Assembly (NCBI RefSeq): GCF_044647545.1
Contig: NZ_CP172818.1
Reading direction: 5' to 3' (one strand)
Length of the DNA stretch: 64,000 nt
Source of the DNA: Escherichia coli
Lineage (GTDB): Bacteria; Pseudomonadota; Gammaproteobacteria; Enterobacterales; Enterobacteriaceae
Each line of letters opens with the position of its first letter. Position 1 is the stretch's first letter. The notes under the pieces are model-generated. The model was not told the origin of the DNA. It searched no databases and was given only the letters and a program-made list of their open reading frames with translations. The translations under genes and the position numbers were made by a program. Positions 23,921 through 36,545 of this stretch are shown piece after piece.

Positions 23921-24550
23921 ATGATTTTATTCGCCGACTATAACACCCCTTATCTTTTCGCTATTTCCTTTGTACTGTTGATCGGCCTTTTAGAAATTTT
24001 TGCGCTTATCTGCGGTCACATGCTCTCCGGTGCACTTGATGCACATCTTGACCATTATGATTCCATAACCACAGGTCATATTAGCCAGGCACTTCATTAT
24101 CTCAATATCGGAAGATTGCCAGCTCTCGTCGTTCTTTGCTTACTGGCTGGTTTTTTTGGTCTTATTGGCATCCTGTTGCAGCATACCTGCATCATGGTCT
24201 GGCAATCACCACTCTCGAACCTGTTTGTGGTTCCTGTCAGTTTACTGTTTACGATTATTGCGGTGCATTATACCGGTAAAATAGTTGCGCCCTGGATTCC
24301 ACGCGATCATAGCTCAGCTATTACAGAAGAAGAATATATTGGTAGCATGGCGTTAATTACCGGTCATCAAGCCACTTCAGGTAATCCCTGCGAAGGAAAA
24401 CTCACCGATCAATTTGGCCAAATACATTATTTACTACTGGAGCCTGAAGAAGGAAAAATTTTCACTAAAGGAGACAAAGTGTTAATTATTTGCCGACTTT
24501 CTGCAACTCGATATTTGGCGGAAAACAATCCCTGGCCCCAAATATTGTAA
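23921..24550 (+). CDS. yqiJ: NfeD-like inner membrane protein YqiJ
   Basis: 209-aa multi-TM ORF immediately upstream of the flotillin-like gene. Confidence 0.85.
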   Translation: MILFADYNTPYLFAISFVLLIGLLEIFALICGHMLSGALDAHLDHYDSITTGHISQALHYLNIGRLPALVVLCLLAGFFGLIGILLQHTCIMVWQSPLSNLFVVPVSLLFTIIAVHYTGKIVAPWIPRDHSSAITEEEYIGSMALITGHQATSGNPCEGKLTDQFGQIHYLLLEPEEGKIFTKGDKVLIICRLSATRYLAENNPWPQIL

Positions 24551-24576
24551 TTTATTAATCAAAAGGAAATTTAATA

Positions 24577-26238
24577 ATGGATGATATTGTTAATTCTGTG
24601 CCCTCCTGGATGTTTACCGCGATTATTGCCGTATGCATTCTGTTTATTATTGGAATTATTTTCGCCAGGCTCTATCGTCGCGCTTCGGCAGAGCAAGCTT
24701 TTGTTCGTACTGGTTTAGGTGGGCAAAAAGTGGTAATGAGCGGTGGCGCAATCGTGATGCCGATCTTTCATGAAATAATCCCCATCAATATGAATACTCT
24801 GAAGCTGGAAGTCAGCCGCTCAACCATTGATAGCCTGATTACGAAAGATCGTATGCGCGTCGATGTCGTTGTCGCTTTCTTTGTGCGGGTAAAACCGTCA
24901 GTGGAAGGTATTGCCACCGCCGCCCAGACGCTGGGGCAACGCACCCTGTCGCCTGAAGACTTACGTATGTTGGTTGAAGATAAATTTGTCGATGCCCTCC
25001 GTGCAACAGCTGCACAAATGACCATGCATGAGTTACAGGATACCCGCGAGAACTTCGTGCAGGGCGTACAAAATACCGTTGCTGAAGATCTGTCGAAAAA
25101 CGGCCTGGAACTGGAAAGCGTTTCACTTACCAACTTTAACCAGACGTCGAAAGAACATTTCAATCCTAACAACGCCTTTGACGCCGAAGGTTTAACCAAG
25201 CTGACGCAGGAGACGGAGCGCCGTCGTCGCGAACGTAACGAAGTTGAACAGGATGTAGAAGTTGCGGTGCGTGAGAAAAACCGTGATGCACTTTCGCGCA
25301 AGTTGGAGATTGAACAACAAGAAGCGTTTATGACGCTTGAGCAGGAGCAGCAGGTTAAAACCCGTACCGCTGAGCAGAATGCGAAAATTGCGGCTTTTGA
25401 AGCTGAACGTCGTCGTGAAGCAGAGCAGACGCGAATTCTGGCTGAACGACAGATTCAGGAAACGGAAATCGACCGCGAACAGGCCGTCCGTTCCAGAAAA
25501 GTTGAAGCTGAACGTGAAGTTCGCATTAAAGAGATCGAACAGCAGCAGGTCACCGAAATCGCCAACCAGACGAAATCGATCGCTATTGCCGCCAAATCGG
25601 AACAGCAGTCACAAGCGGAAGCGCGTGCCAACCTTGCACTTGCAGAAGCGGTAAGCGCCCAGCAAAACGTAGAAACCACTCGCCAGACCGCAGAAGCCGA
25701 TCGTGCTAAACAAGTTGCCCTAATCGCTGCCGCGCAGGATGCAGAAACCAAAGCGGTTGAACTGACCGTGCGGGCGAAAGCAGAGAAAGAAGCCGCAGAG
25801 ATGCAGGCGGCGGCGATCGTTGAGTTAGCCGAAGCAACACGCAAAAAAGGCCTGGCGGAAGCAGAAGCACAACGTGCGCTGAACGACGCTATCAACGTAC
25901 TTTCTGACGAGCAAACCAGCCTTAAATTCAAACTGGCATTATTGCAGGCGCTGCCTGCGGTAATTGAGAAATCCGTGGAACCAATGAAGTCTATCGACGG
26001 CATCAAAATTATTCAGGTCGATGGGCTGAATCGTGGTGGCGCTACGGGTGATGCAAACACGGGTAATGTGGGGGGCGGAAACCTGGCAGAACAAGCGTTA
26101 TCAGCCGCACTCTCTTACCGCACACAGGCACCGCTGATTGACTCCTTGCTCAATGAAATTGGCGTTTCAGGCGGCTCACTGGCGGCATTGACTTCATCCT
26201 TAAGCTCAACAACTCCCGTCGAAGAAAAAGCAGAGTAA
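24577..26238 (+). CDS. yqiK: Flotillin-like SPFH/band-7 domain protein YqiK
   Basis: 553 aa; N-terminal TM, SPFH domain, long E/A/Q/R-rich coiled coil. Confidence 0.9.
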   Translation: MDDIVNSVPSWMFTAIIAVCILFIIGIIFARLYRRASAEQAFVRTGLGGQKVVMSGGAIVMPIFHEIIPINMNTLKLEVSRSTIDSLITKDRMRVDVVVAFFVRVKPSVEGIATAAQTLGQRTLSPEDLRMLVEDKFVDALRATAAQMTMHELQDTRENFVQGVQNTVAEDLSKNGLELESVSLTNFNQTSKEHFNPNNAFDAEGLTKLTQETERRRRERNEVEQDVEVAVREKNRDALSRKLEIEQQEAFMTLEQEQQVKTRTAEQNAKIAAFEAERRREAEQTRILAERQIQETEIDREQAVRSRKVEAEREVRIKEIEQQQVTEIANQTKSIAIAAKSEQQSQAEARANLALAEAVSAQQNVETTRQTAEADRAKQVALIAAAQDAETKAVELTVRAKAEKEAAEMQAAAIVELAEATRKKGLAEAEAQRALNDAINVLSDEQTSLKFKLALLQALPAVIEKSVEPMKSIDGIKIIQVDGLNRGGATGDANTGNVGGGNLAEQALSAALSYRTQAPLIDSLLNEIGVSGGSLAALTSSLSSTTPVEEKAE

Positions 26239-26253
26239 ACCCTCTTCTATGAA

Positions 26254-26288
26254 TAATCCCTGGCCCAAAAAGCCGGGGATTTTTTATA
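26254..26288 (+). terminator. Intrinsic terminator downstream of yqiK
   Basis: Hairpin aatccctggc / gccggggatt followed by tttttat. Confidence 0.6.
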
Positions 26289-26399
26289 TCTGCGTTCCGC
26301 TAAAAGGTGCAAATGATCAGGCTGTTGCAGCATTTTGCGTGACTGCTCGGGGAAGGCAAAACTGCCTCTGGGAAAGCGTTGCGCGGAGTCCGGCGCTCA

Positions 26400-26545
26400 T
26401 CAACAATCGGGGAGTCAGCAAGGGGCTGAAACGGGAAAGCCCCTCCCGAGGAAGGGGCCTTACAGAAGGAAAGGGTTATGATGAAGCTCGTCATCATACT
26501 GATTGTGTTGTTACTTGTAAGTTTCGCCACTTATTAACAGCCAAT
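26400..26545 (-). ncRNA. Sib-family antisense sRNA (type I antitoxin) opposite the ibs toxin ORF
   Basis: Minus strand reads ataagtggcgaaacttacaagtaacaacacaatcagtatgatgacgagcttcatcataaccctttcc...ggccccttcctcgggaggggctttcccgtttcagcccctt, matching the Sib sRNA pattern as recalled; ends are approximate. Confidence 0.6.
26478..26537 (+). CDS. Ibs-family type I toxin, 19-aa hydrophobic peptide
   Basis: atg atg aag ctc gtc atc ata ctg att gtg ttg tta ctt gta agt ttc gcc act tat taa = MMKLVIILIVLLLVSFATY, preceded by SD gaaggaaaggg; too short for the 60-aa ORF track. Confidence 0.7.
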   Translation: MMKLVIILIVLLLVSFATY

Positions 26546-26659
26546 CAGAGGGGGAGAAATCCTCCCTCACCCTTGTTCCTTTACTTGGGGTAGGTTGAAA
26601 AAACAACAGCGTCAATAGGCCTGCCAGGTTCGAAGCGAGATCTGTGAAGCGCTTTCCGG

Positions 26660-28093
26660 TTAGCCTTTTTTATCCTGTTGGATCTTCTTGATAATGTTAG
26701 TGGTCGAGCAACCGTCTTCAAAGTTGAGCACCAGCACTTCGCCACCATTGGCCCAGACTTCTTTACTCCCGGCAATCTCTTCTGGTTTATAGTCGCCGCC
26801 TTTCACCAGCAGATCTGGCAGGATCCCGGCAATCAAGCGCTGCGGCGTGTCTTCTTCAAACGACACCACCCAGTCGACCGCTTCCAGTGCGCCCAGCACA
26901 ATCATACGCTGTTCGAGCGGGTTAACGGGGCGGGAATCCCCTTTCAGCCGTTTGGTGGAGGCATCGCTGTTGACGGCGACAATCAAACGGTCACCCAGCT
27001 TGCGGGCATTTGCCAGATAAGAGACGTGTCCGGCGTGCAGGATGTCAAAGACGCCATTGGTCATCACCACTTTTTCACCGCGTTTACGCGCTGCCGCTAC
27101 AGCAAACTTCAGTTCCTCTTCGGTCATCACACCAAAGCCGGTATCTGCACGTCCACGTACTGCGTTTTCCAGCTCGATCGGCGAAACCGGGGATGTCCCC
27201 AGTTTGCCGACCACCACACCAGCCGCCGCATTGGCAAAGAAGCAGGCTTCTTCCAGCGAATTACCCGCTGCCAGCGTTGCCGCCAGGACACCAATCACCG
27301 TGTCGCCCGCACCGGTAACGTCATACACTTCCTGCGCCTGGGTTGGCATATGCAGCGGCGCTTTACCCGGTTGCAGCAGCGACATACCCTGTTCGGAACG
27401 GGTCACTAACAGAGCCGAGAGTTCGTAATCGGCAATCAGTTTCATGCCGCGCTCAACAATCTCTTCTTCGGTTTTACATTTACCGACAACAGCTTCAAAT
27501 TCCGAGAGATTCGGCGTTAACAGCGTAGCGCCGCGGTAGCGCTCAAAATCGGTACCTTTTGGATCAATCAGCACCGGAACACCCGCTTTACGCGCCAGTT
27601 GGATCATCTGCTGTACGCTTGCCAGCGCACCTTTGGCGTAGTCAGAAAGCACCAGCGCGCCAATCGAACTCAGCGCCTGATTAATCCGTTCGTGCAGCGG
27701 CTGCGGATCAACACCTTCGAAACCTTCTTCAAAATCCAGACGAATCAGCTGTTGGTTGCGGGAAAGCACCCGTAATTTGGTGATGGTCGGATGCGTCGGT
27801 ACAGAAACGAAGTCGCATTTGACGTTGACGTCGGCCAGAGATTTACTCAGCGCGCGCGCCGCATCGTCAATGCCCGTTAACCCGACCAGGCGTGCATTAG
27901 CACCGAGAGAAGCGATATTCATCGCCACGTTAGCCGCGCCGCCCGGACGTTCTTCGATGGTATTTACTTTAACCACGGGCACCGGCGCTTCCGGCGAGAT
28001 ACGGCTGGTGGGACCGTACCAGTAACGATCCAGCATCACATCACCAACCACCATCACTCCTGCACGTTCAAACTCTGGCAGCGTTACTTTCAT
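26660..28093 (-). CDS. hldE: Bifunctional heptose 7-phosphate kinase / heptose 1-phosphate adenylyltransferase
   Basis: 477-aa ORF; N-terminal ribokinase-like and C-terminal cytidylyltransferase-like domains. Confidence 0.95.
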   Translation of the reverse strand: MKVTLPEFERAGVMVVGDVMLDRYWYGPTSRISPEAPVPVVKVNTIEERPGGAANVAMNIASLGANARLVGLTGIDDAARALSKSLADVNVKCDFVSVPTHPTITKLRVLSRNQQLIRLDFEEGFEGVDPQPLHERINQALSSIGALVLSDYAKGALASVQQMIQLARKAGVPVLIDPKGTDFERYRGATLLTPNLSEFEAVVGKCKTEEEIVERGMKLIADYELSALLVTRSEQGMSLLQPGKAPLHMPTQAQEVYDVTGAGDTVIGVLAATLAAGNSLEEACFFANAAAGVVVGKLGTSPVSPIELENAVRGRADTGFGVMTEEELKFAVAAARKRGEKVVMTNGVFDILHAGHVSYLANARKLGDRLIVAVNSDASTKRLKGDSRPVNPLEQRMIVLGALEAVDWVVSFEEDTPQRLIAGILPDLLVKGGDYKPEEIAGSKEVWANGGEVLVLNFEDGCSTTNIIKKIQQDKKG

Positions 28094-28140
28094 TCCTGTC
28101 TCCTGAGAGATTCAAAATTTGCGCGCGATAATACCATACT

Positions 28141-30981
28141 TCATTCTTCCACCAGCCACTTCTGCCAGCTTGCCCGCACCAGATCACGCTCTGCGGTGAA
28201 GCAATCCTCCGACACATGGCCCGGCAATTCCTGTAATGCCAGATGATGAAGTTCATCGCGCAGCGTAGTGTAAGCACGGGTCAGCACCATCGCTTCCTGC
28301 TCTTCCATAATGTCGTTTTGCGCCAGCAGCTCCAGAATACGCACGTTGTCTGACCAGCGCGTTAACTTCGGTTTTTCATGAGCGTAGCGCAACACCAGAT
28401 ATTGGGTAATAAATTCGATATCGGTAATTCCGCCTTCATCGGCTTTGATATCAAAGCGATCGCGATGTTTATTACCGAGATGAGCGCGCATTTTCTCGCG
28501 CATTTCCCGCACTTCCGTTTGCAGAGTTTTACCTTCTCGCGGCAGCGTCATAATCTCGCGACGCACCGCGTCAAAGTGCGCGGTGAGCTGCGGATCGCCG
28601 TACACTACACGCGCACGCACCAGCGCCTGATGTTCCCACGTCCAGGCCTCGTTTTTCTGATAATCAGCAAATGCTTCTGCGGATGTCACCAGCATTCCCG
28701 CCGCCCCGGATGGACGCAGTCGAGCATCCACTTCATACAAAATGCCGGAAGAGGTTCGCGTACTGAACAGATGCATAATGCGTTGCGCCAGACGCAGATA
28801 AAACTGTCGCCCGTCGATTTCCCGCTCGCCGTCAGTCATCGCATCCATTGGGCAATCATGGAGGAAGATCAGGTCAAGATCGGAACTGTAGCCTAACTCC
28901 CAGCCGCCCAGCTTGCCGTAGCCGACCACCGCAAAACCACGCCCTTCGCGCTCGTTCAGGTGATTCGGTTTACCGTAGCGGGCAACCATTTGAACCCACG
29001 CCTGCTGAACGACGGCATCTATCATAGCTTCCGCCAGCCAGGTTAAGTGATCGCTCACTTTCATTACCGGTAGCGTACCGGCGATATCCGCTGCCGCAAT
29101 GCGTAACAGTTGCGCCTGTTTGAACTGACGCAGCGCCTCAAGCTGTTGTTCTTCGTCATCTTCCGGCACGCGCAGCAAATACTGGCGCAGTTCATCACGG
29201 TAGGCATCGGTCGCCGTCGGCTGGTAGAGAGTGTTTGGATCGAGCAGTTCATCCAGCAATAACGGATAGCGCGCCAGCTGGCTGGCAATCATCGGCGATG
29301 CGGCACACAGAGAAATCAAATGCTTAAGCGCCGCAGGAAATTCACTGAGCAATTCTAAATAGGTGGTGCGGGTAACAATCCCCACCAGCAAGGCCGTAAT
29401 GCGCGACAGCGTTACAGCAGCGTCTTCACGTGTACAGACATCTCTTAGCAGATGTGGCATCAGATGGTCGAGCACCTGACGTCCGCGTGGCCCGATTGTG
29501 CGCTTATCCAGCTCTTTGCGGAAATCGGCAATCAGCGTCAGCACCTGTTTGCGATCGTCCTCGCTAAGATGCGCCAGCACTGGTGTAGTGTCATCTTCCT
29601 GCAACGCGTCCTGCCACAGCTCACGCCACTGTTCCGACAGCGACTCTTCCTGAGTTTCACTTTCGTCGTCGCCAATCAATTCATTAAACACCCGGCGCAC
29701 ATTGGTCATATGTCCGATCAGCGCCCCAGTCAGTTGCTGCCAGTCAGCAAAGTCCATCGCCCACGCCAGCCGCGCACGGTTAAGCTCATCAGAAGGAAGC
29801 GTCTGGTTTTGTTCGTCGTTAATGCTTTGCAGCAGGTTTTCCAGACGCCGCAGGAACAGATACGCCACTCGCAATTGTTCAGCATCGTTTTCAGAAAGCA
29901 GATGCAGCTCGGCAATGGCGCTGAGCGTTGGCAGTAAAGAGCGCGATTGCAGCGACGGTTCGCGCCCGCCGCGAATGAGCTGGAATACCTGGACGATAAA
30001 TTCAATTTCACGAATGCCACCCGCGCCAAGTTTGATGTTGTCGGTCAAACCGCGCCGACGCACTTCACGGGCAATCATCCCTTTCATGTTGCGCAGCGAC
30101 TGAATCACGCTGAAATCGATGTAACGACGGAAAACAAACGGGCGCAGCATCGCACGCAACTCGTTAGCATAGACGCCTTCGCTATCGCCCATAATCCGCG
30201 CCTTGACCATCGCGTAACGCTCCCAGTCGCGCCCCTGCTCCTGGTAATAATCTTCCAGTGCCGCAAAGCTCAGCACCAGCGGGCCACTTTCGCCAAACGG
30301 ACGCAGTCGCATATCCACGCGATAGACGAAGCCATCCTGCGTTGGTTGATCCAGCACTTTAATCAGCCGCTGCCCCATGCGGGTAAAAAACTGGGCGTTA
30401 TCCAGTTCCCGGCGTCCGCCCTGCGTACAACCATGTTCCGGCCAGGCAAAAATCAGATCGATATCTGAGGAGAAATTCAGTTCCCCTCCGCCCAGCTTAC
30501 CCATGCCTAAAATCAGCAGCGGTTGCGCTTCGCCCTGCGCATTGCACGGCGTTCCCCACTCGCGGCAGCAGGCGTCATACAGCCAGTCACGCGCCGCAAC
30601 AATCAGCGTCTCCGCCAGATGGCTGAGCTGCAGCAATATGCTCTCTTCAGTAACCAGTGCCAACGTTTGCGCCCAGGCGATGCGCACCATAATGCGCCGC
30701 CGGAATAGCCGCAGCTCGCGCATTAACCCGGCTTCGTCACTCACATTACTGAGCGCCTCCTGCCACCATGCAGAGTAATGCTGCCATTCGTCGGCCTGCG
30801 GCGGTTGGCTTTCCAGTTCCGTCAGCCACTCTGGATGCGCAATCACGCTGTCCTGCACAAAATCACTGAAAGTAAGTACCGACTTCGCCTGTGCGCTAAG
30901 TGATTCGTCGGCTAAAGGCTCTGGCAGCCGCTCAACAACGGTCTGCCAGTACTGCTGTAACGGTGAAGAGAGCGGCTTCAT
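28141..30981 (-). CDS. glnE: Glutamine synthetase adenylyltransferase / adenylyl-removing enzyme
   Basis: 946 aa from Met at 30979-30981 ([13 protein letters not shown]...); two nucleotidyltransferase domains; 977-aa frame is an upstream extension. Confidence 0.93.
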   Translation of the reverse strand: MKPLSSPLQQYWQTVVERLPEPLADESLSAQAKSVLTFSDFVQDSVIAHPEWLTELESQPPQADEWQHYSAWWQEALSNVSDEAGLMRELRLFRRRIMVRIAWAQTLALVTEESILLQLSHLAETLIVAARDWLYDACCREWGTPCNAQGEAQPLLILGMGKLGGGELNFSSDIDLIFAWPEHGCTQGGRRELDNAQFFTRMGQRLIKVLDQPTQDGFVYRVDMRLRPFGESGPLVLSFAALEDYYQEQGRDWERYAMVKARIMGDSEGVYANELRAMLRPFVFRRYIDFSVIQSLRNMKGMIAREVRRRGLTDNIKLGAGGIREIEFIVQVFQLIRGGREPSLQSRSLLPTLSAIAELHLLSENDAEQLRVAYLFLRRLENLLQSINDEQNQTLPSDELNRARLAWAMDFADWQQLTGALIGHMTNVRRVFNELIGDDESETQEESLSEQWRELWQDALQEDDTTPVLAHLSEDDRKQVLTLIADFRKELDKRTIGPRGRQVLDHLMPHLLRDVCTREDAAVTLSRITALLVGIVTRTTYLELLSEFPAALKHLISLCAASPMIASQLARYPLLLDELLDPNTLYQPTATDAYRDELRQYLLRVPEDDEEQQLEALRQFKQAQLLRIAAADIAGTLPVMKVSDHLTWLAEAMIDAVVQQAWVQMVARYGKPNHLNEREGRGFAVVGYGKLGGWELGYSSDLDLIFLHDCPMDAMTDGEREIDGRQFYLRLAQRIMHLFSTRTSSGILYEVDARLRPSGAAGMLVTSAEAFADYQKNEAWTWEHQALVRARVVYGDPQLTAHFDAVRREIMTLPREGKTLQTEVREMREKMRAHLGNKHRDRFDIKADEGGITDIEFITQYLVLRYAHEKPKLTRWSDNVRILELLAQNDIMEEQEAMVLTRAYTTLRDELHHLALQELPGHVSEDCFTAERDLVRASWQKWLVEE

Positions 30982-31003
30982 AAGCGATTTTATCCTTGCC
31001 TGA

Positions 31004-32305
31004 TTAACGTTTTCCGCTGTGCAACCAGAACGGTTCCTGATTGTTTGCCTCATTACGGAAATGTTCAATTTCAATGCGTTGCCCGGTCACAATAGCGTGA
31101 CGCAGCCCCTGCCAGTTCTCCAGCCAGGCTTGAGCCACGACAGGATCATAGTAACCCGCCAGCAACAGTATTGAGTCAATATCACGCGTCAGACGTGGCA
31201 ACTGGTCACGGTAGCGATCGCCTAACGGCTGGCAGAAAACGCTTTTCAGTTCAGCGGCATGGCGGGAAAGATGGATATCGGCAAAGCGTTTGAAGGAATC
31301 GCTCATTTTACTCTGCGCTTTGGCATCTAAAAACGGCTGCCAGGCTTTGCTTACCAGCCATTCGGTCAACGCCAGCTTCGCCATTGCCGTTTCGGTAGAA
31401 TAGACCGCCGTCACGGCAGAAACCGCTGAAGCGATGGTCGCTTCGCATTGGGTCAGCAAATCACGTAAGTGAGTGCTCGCTTTACGCGGCACAATGCCAC
31501 CGAACAGCATCAGCGTATGACGGACCAGGCCAATGGCTGCCAGCACCTGCTCTTTCGCCGCATCGTTGCCGCGTACCCACAGCTCTTCATGATACTGCCA
31601 TTGCGCTAACGCCAGCTCGAGCGCCGCTTCCAGCCCCTGCTCGACATCCGCTTTTGCCGCAACATGTAAAATGGTGGTCGGTTTGATTTCACGCGCCGGA
31701 TTGCCCTGCGCCAGATGATAGCCACGCGCCGCTTTGCTCAGGCTGCCCTGGCGTAATCCGGTTTGCGATACCAGTTGGTTCGCCAGTTTCAGCACCGCGC
31801 GCGTGTCGCCGCTAAGCAGTTCCAGTTCCAGCTCGCAGATAGGTTCAGCAAATTCACCCGCTTTCACTTCCCCTTGGTCGAGGGCGATTTCAATTTGGCT
31901 ACCATCAACCTCTACCAGCCACTTTTCGCGATAAAAATCGGTGCTAAACAGCGGCTGCACGCGGGAAGCGAGATCGGTAGGCAATTCGCCGTTCGGCCAG
32001 ACTTCCGTCGGTAACTGCGCCAGGTCGAGCGTCGGTTCGCTCAACGCCACGTTATATTCCGGGCGCTGGTGTAAGCCGCCTGTCACTCTTCCTGCAACTT
32101 TCATGGTCATCTCATAGCGACCGTTTTCGCCACGAATACGCAAGCCCATGTCGTGCCCACGCAGCCAGTTATCCGGCGTTTCGTAGTAAATATTCAGCAA
32201 CTGCACGGGGTCATGGTGCTCGCCGCCCAGCGTATTGAGATGGTCACGCAACGCCTCAACGGCACTGTGATTAACAATAAACTTTAATTCGATTTCCTGA
32301 GCCAT
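31004..32305 (-). CDS. ygiF: Inorganic triphosphatase (CYTH domain)
   Basis: 433-aa ORF, N-terminal MAQEIELKF (ExExK CYTH motif). Confidence 0.9.
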   Translation of the reverse strand: MAQEIELKFIVNHSAVEALRDHLNTLGGEHHDPVQLLNIYYETPDNWLRGHDMGLRIRGENGRYEMTMKVAGRVTGGLHQRPEYNVALSEPTLDLAQLPTEVWPNGELPTDLASRVQPLFSTDFYREKWLVEVDGSQIEIALDQGEVKAGEFAEPICELELELLSGDTRAVLKLANQLVSQTGLRQGSLSKAARGYHLAQGNPAREIKPTTILHVAAKADVEQGLEAALELALAQWQYHEELWVRGNDAAKEQVLAAIGLVRHTLMLFGGIVPRKASTHLRDLLTQCEATIASAVSAVTAVYSTETAMAKLALTEWLVSKAWQPFLDAKAQSKMSDSFKRFADIHLSRHAAELKSVFCQPLGDRYRDQLPRLTRDIDSILLLAGYYDPVVAQAWLENWQGLRHAIVTGQRIEIEHFRNEANNQEPFWLHSGKR

Positions 32306-32546
32306 AGCCTTTACTTATCGGTTATGTCACATAAGTGACGATGAACGGCGAACTTAATGCGATCTTTTTTGTCAGTAGATAGTATTTTGCGCCAAATTGC
32401 CATGCAACGGGCAATTTGACGGGCGTAAAAGTTTGAAGCAGTGGCAAGACCTGACACAGAGGATTCCGATTGATGTCGAATGCTTTGCGTAGCGACACTG
32501 ATGCCACTACTATCGTTCCACTTTCCATGACAATAACGACAGCCTG

Positions 32547-33167
32547 ATGCCAAAATTACGCCTGATCGGATTAACTTTACTCGCACTTAGCGCGACTGCC
32601 GTCTCACACGCTGAAGAAACGCGCTATGTTTCTGACGAACTGAATACCTGGGTCCGTAGCGGTCCGGGAGATCATTATCGCCTCGTAGGCACGGTTAACG
32701 CCGGCGAGGAAGTGACCTTATTACAAACTGACGCCAACACCAATTATGCCCAGGTGAAAGACAGCTCTGGCCGTACCGCCTGGATCCCGTTGAAACAACT
32801 TAGCACTGAGCCAAGCCTGCGCTCCCGTGTGCCAGATCTGGAAAATCAGGTCAAAACCCTGACCGATAAACTCACCAATATCGATAACACCTGGAATCAG
32901 CGCACCGCAGAAATGCAGCAAAAAGTGGCGCAGAGCGACAGCGTGATCAACGGGTTAAAAGAAGAAAATCAGAAACTGAAAAACGAGCTGATTGTCGCGC
33001 AGAAAAAGGTCGATGCCGCCAGCGTACAGCTGGATGACAAACAGCGCACCATCATCATGCAATGGTTTATGTATGGCGGCGGCGTGCTGGGGCTTGGCTT
33101 GCTGCTCGGTCTGGTACTGCCGCACCTGATCCCAAGCCGCAAACGCAAAGATCGCTGGATGAACTAA
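32547..33167 (+). CDS. ygiM: SH3-domain membrane-anchored protein YgiM (HtrG)
   Basis: 206 aa; signal peptide, SH3-like domain, coiled coil, C-terminal TM. Confidence 0.88.
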   Translation: MPKLRLIGLTLLALSATAVSHAEETRYVSDELNTWVRSGPGDHYRLVGTVNAGEEVTLLQTDANTNYAQVKDSSGRTAWIPLKQLSTEPSLRSRVPDLENQVKTLTDKLTNIDNTWNQRTAEMQQKVAQSDSVINGLKEENQKLKNELIVAQKKVDAASVQLDDKQRTIIMQWFMYGGGVLGLGLLLGLVLPHLIPSRKRKDRWMN

Positions 33168-33230
33168 ATCGCCTTCTTCGTTGCACTGTCTTATTATTAG
33201 GAATTGTGTATTTGACGAAGGGATGATGGC

Positions 33231-34469
33231 GTGAAGATTTATCTGGTCGGTGGTGCTGTTCGGGATGCATTGTTAGGGCTACCGGTCAAAGACAGAGATT
33301 GGGTGGTGGTCGGCAGTACGCCACAGGAGATGCTCGACGCGGGCTACCAGCAGGTAGGCCGCGATTTTCCTGTTTTTCTGCATCCGCAAACGCATGAAGA
33401 GTATGCGCTGGCACGTACTGAACGGAAATCCGGTTCCGGTTACACCGGTTTTACCTGCTATGCCGCACCGGATGTCACGCTGGAAGATGATCTTAAGCGT
33501 CGCGATCTGACCATTAATGCGCTGGCCCAGGACGATAACGGCGAGATTATCGACCCGTACAACGGTCTGGGCGATCTGCAAAATCGTCTGCTGCGCCATG
33601 TTTCCCCCGCTTTTGGCGAAGATCCGTTACGCGTACTGCGCGTGGCGCGTTTTGCTGCGCGTTATGCCCACCTCGGTTTTCGTATTGCCGATGAAACTCT
33701 GGCGCTGATGCGCGAGATGACCCATGCGGGTGAACTGGAACACCTGACGCCTGAACGGGTATGGAAAGAGACGGAAAACGCCCTCACCACCCGCAATCCC
33801 CAGGTGTTCTTCCAGGTACTGCGCGATTGCGGCGCACTGCGCGTTTTATTCCCGGAAATTGACGCCCTGTTTGGCGTTCCGGCCCCTGCCAGGTGGCATC
33901 CGGAAATCGACACCGGTATTCATACCTTAATGACGCTCTCAATGGCGGCGATGCTGAGTCCGCAGGTCGATGTCCGTTTCGCAACTTTATGCCACGATCT
34001 CGGTAAAGGACTGACGCCACCAGAACTTTGGCCGCGTCATCATGGCCATGGCCCGGCGGGTGTTAAGTTAGTGGAACAACTATGCCAGCGTCTGCGCGTG
34101 CCAAATGAAATTCGCGATTTAGCCAGACTGGTGGCTGAGTTTCACGATCTCATCCACACCTTCCCAATGCTGAACCCAAAAACCATCGTCAAATTGTTTG
34201 ATTCCATCGACGCCTGGCGTAAACCGCAGCGTGTCGAGCAACTGGCGCTGACCAGCGAGGCTGACGTGCGCGGCAGAACCGGTTTTGAATCAGCGGACTA
34301 CCCGCAAGGCCGCTGGTTGCGCGAAGCCTGGGAAGTGGCGCAGTCAGTGCCGACAAAAGCCGTCGTTGAAGCAGGATTTAAAGGTGTGGAGATTCGTGAG
34401 GAGCTGACCCGACGGCGGATTGCGGCGGTAGCCAGCTGGAAGGAACAACGTTGCCCAAAGCCTGATTAA
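33231..34469 (+). CDS. cca: tRNA nucleotidyltransferase (CCA-adding enzyme)
   Basis: 412 aa; initiates at GTG 33231; head domain GGAVRD...DRD and HD domain. Confidence 0.93.
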   Translation: MKIYLVGGAVRDALLGLPVKDRDWVVVGSTPQEMLDAGYQQVGRDFPVFLHPQTHEEYALARTERKSGSGYTGFTCYAAPDVTLEDDLKRRDLTINALAQDDNGEIIDPYNGLGDLQNRLLRHVSPAFGEDPLRVLRVARFAARYAHLGFRIADETLALMREMTHAGELEHLTPERVWKETENALTTRNPQVFFQVLRDCGALRVLFPEIDALFGVPAPARWHPEIDTGIHTLMTLSMAAMLSPQVDVRFATLCHDLGKGLTPPELWPRHHGHGPAGVKLVEQLCQRLRVPNEIRDLARLVAEFHDLIHTFPMLNPKTIVKLFDSIDAWRKPQRVEQLALTSEADVRGRTGFESADYPQGRWLREAWEVAQSVPTKAVVEAGFKGVEIREELTRRRIAAVASWKEQRCPKPD

Positions 34470-34530
34470 CTAAAAACAGAAATCCCTAGGTCGGATAAGA
34501 CGCACAAGCGTATCCGACACTATTCCTCAA

Positions 34531-35352
34531 TCAAAAGAACACGACATACACCGCAGCCGCCACAATAAAGCGATAAATGGCGAACGGAATAAACGAAATG
34601 CGCTTAATCAATTGCAGGAAGGTTTTAATCGCTATCAGCGCCACCACAAAAGCGGTGATAAACCCAACGGCAAACATCGGGATATCGCCGGTTGTCAGGA
34701 AGCCCCAGCTTTTGTAGAGATCGAGCGCCGTTGCGCCCATCATCATCGGCACAGCCAGCAGGAACGAGAACTCGGAAGCCGCATAACGGCTCACACCCAT
34801 CAGCATCCCACCTGAAATGGTCGCCCCGGAACGGGAGAAACCCGGCCACAGCGCCAGACACTGGAAACAGCCAATCATAAACGCCTGACGATAGGTCATA
34901 TCATCAAGACCCGGCGCACGCGGCTCTTTCGGCTTCAGGCATTCAGCGGCAATCAGCAACAGACCGCCAACGACCAGTGCATACATCACATTTATCGGGT
35001 TAAACAATGATTTAATCGTGTCGTGGAACAACAGCCCCAGTACCACCGCCGGAATCATCCCCAGCAAAATGTGGATCAGCGTTAAACGGCCTTTGCTTTC
35101 TCCTTCGTGCTGCAACGGGCGACCAAAGTGAATACCAATAAGGCCAAACAGACGTCGCCAGAACATGACAACCACAGCCAGAATTGATCCTAACTGGATC
35201 ACGACTTCAAAGGTTTTCGCCGTGTCGCCCTCAAACCCCAACAAGTGACCGACAATAATCATATGGCCCGTGCTGGATACCGGCAGAAATTCTGTCAATC
35301 CTTCGACCACACCCAATATTGCCGCTATCAGCAGCGAGTGCATATCGCTCAT
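34531..35352 (-). CDS. uppP: Undecaprenyl-diphosphate phosphatase
   Basis: 273 aa from second Met of the frame ([18 protein letters not shown]...); multi-TM. Confidence 0.93.
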
Positions 35353-35442
35353 CAATAAACCCCTAAATTATAAAAATGTAACGCTTGTCCGAACTACTGC
35401 AGTATGACCAGGTTATAACCGTTTGGTTTAACAGCTGTAAAA

Positions 35443-35811
35443 TTAATTATTTTCTTTCAGATTATTGCCACGCTCAATGATGACGCCAACATTCGCCGCC
35501 CGCGCCACTGCGCCTGGCTTGCTGAGTTTGATACGCACCCACGGCGAGTTGAAGCGTGCTAACAGCAGCTCCGCCACCTCTTCAGCCACGCGTTCCACCA
35601 GCGCAAAACGCGCCCCCTCGACGTGGCTGACCACCGTTTCTGCAATGTCAGCGTAACTGAGGCAATCCGCCACATCATCACTTTTCGCCGCTTTACGGTT
35701 ATCCCACGCCATTTCGATATCGAACACTAACTTCTGTTCGATGGTCTGTTCCCAGTCGTAAACACCAATAGTGGTGATTACCGAAAGTTGCTCTATAAAT
35801 ACAATATCCAT
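35443..35811 (-). CDS. folB: Dihydroneopterin aldolase
   Basis: 122 aa (MDIVFIEQLSVITTIGVYDWEQ...). Confidence 0.92.
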   Translation of the reverse strand: MDIVFIEQLSVITTIGVYDWEQTIEQKLVFDIEMAWDNRKAAKSDDVADCLSYADIAETVVSHVEGARFALVERVAEEVAELLLARFNSPWVRIKLSKPGAVARAANVGVIIERGNNLKENN

Positions 35812-35915
35812 CACGTCCTGCCTGCTTTTTGGCTAACCGGATACCACTTCCGGCGAAATGTGCGTATTATCCACAGATTCATCGTTGAACACGAATTTTC
35901 AAAACGGAACAGCTT

Positions 35916-36533
35916 ATGAGTGCAATCGCGCCTGGAATGATCCTCATCGCGTACCTCTGCGGCTCCATTTCCAGTGCCATTCTGGTTTGCCGCTTGTGTG
36001 GGCTGCCCGATCCGCGAACCAGCGGCTCCGGCAATCCTGGCGCAACCAATGTGTTACGTATCGGTGGCAAGGGAGCAGCCGTAGCAGTACTGATTTTCGA
36101 CGTTCTGAAAGGAATGTTGCCCGTCTGGGGCGCGTATGAATTAGGTGTCAGCCCCTTCTGGCTAGGCTTAATTGCCATCGCCGCCTGTCTTGGACACATC
36201 TGGCCCGTTTTCTTCGGTTTTAAAGGAGGAAAAGGCGTTGCTACCGCTTTTGGTGCCATCGCACCAATTGGCTGGGATCTCACTGGAGTAATGGCGGGAA
36301 CCTGGTTACTGACCGTGCTATTGAGTGGTTACTCGTCGCTGGGAGCGATTGTCAGTGCACTGATTGCTCCGTTTTATGTCTGGTGGTTTAAGCCACAATT
36401 CACCTTCCCGGTTTCGATGCTCTCTTGCCTGATCCTGCTGCGTCATCATGACAACATCCAGCGTCTGTGGCGTCGTCAGGAGACAAAAATCTGGACGAAA
36501 TTCAAAAGAAAGCGCGAAAAGGATCCCGAGTGA
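35916..36533 (+). CDS. plsY: Glycerol-3-phosphate acyltransferase PlsY
   Basis: 205-aa multi-TM ORF. Confidence 0.92.
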
Positions 36534-36545
36534 TTTCTGGTGGAT

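Noticed and set aside
24768-26006. Long antisense ORFs (177 and 183 aa) opposite yqiK
   Set aside because: They arise from the repetitive E/A/Q/R coiled-coil coding region of yqiK; Ser/Ala/Arg-rich shadow frames with no independent support
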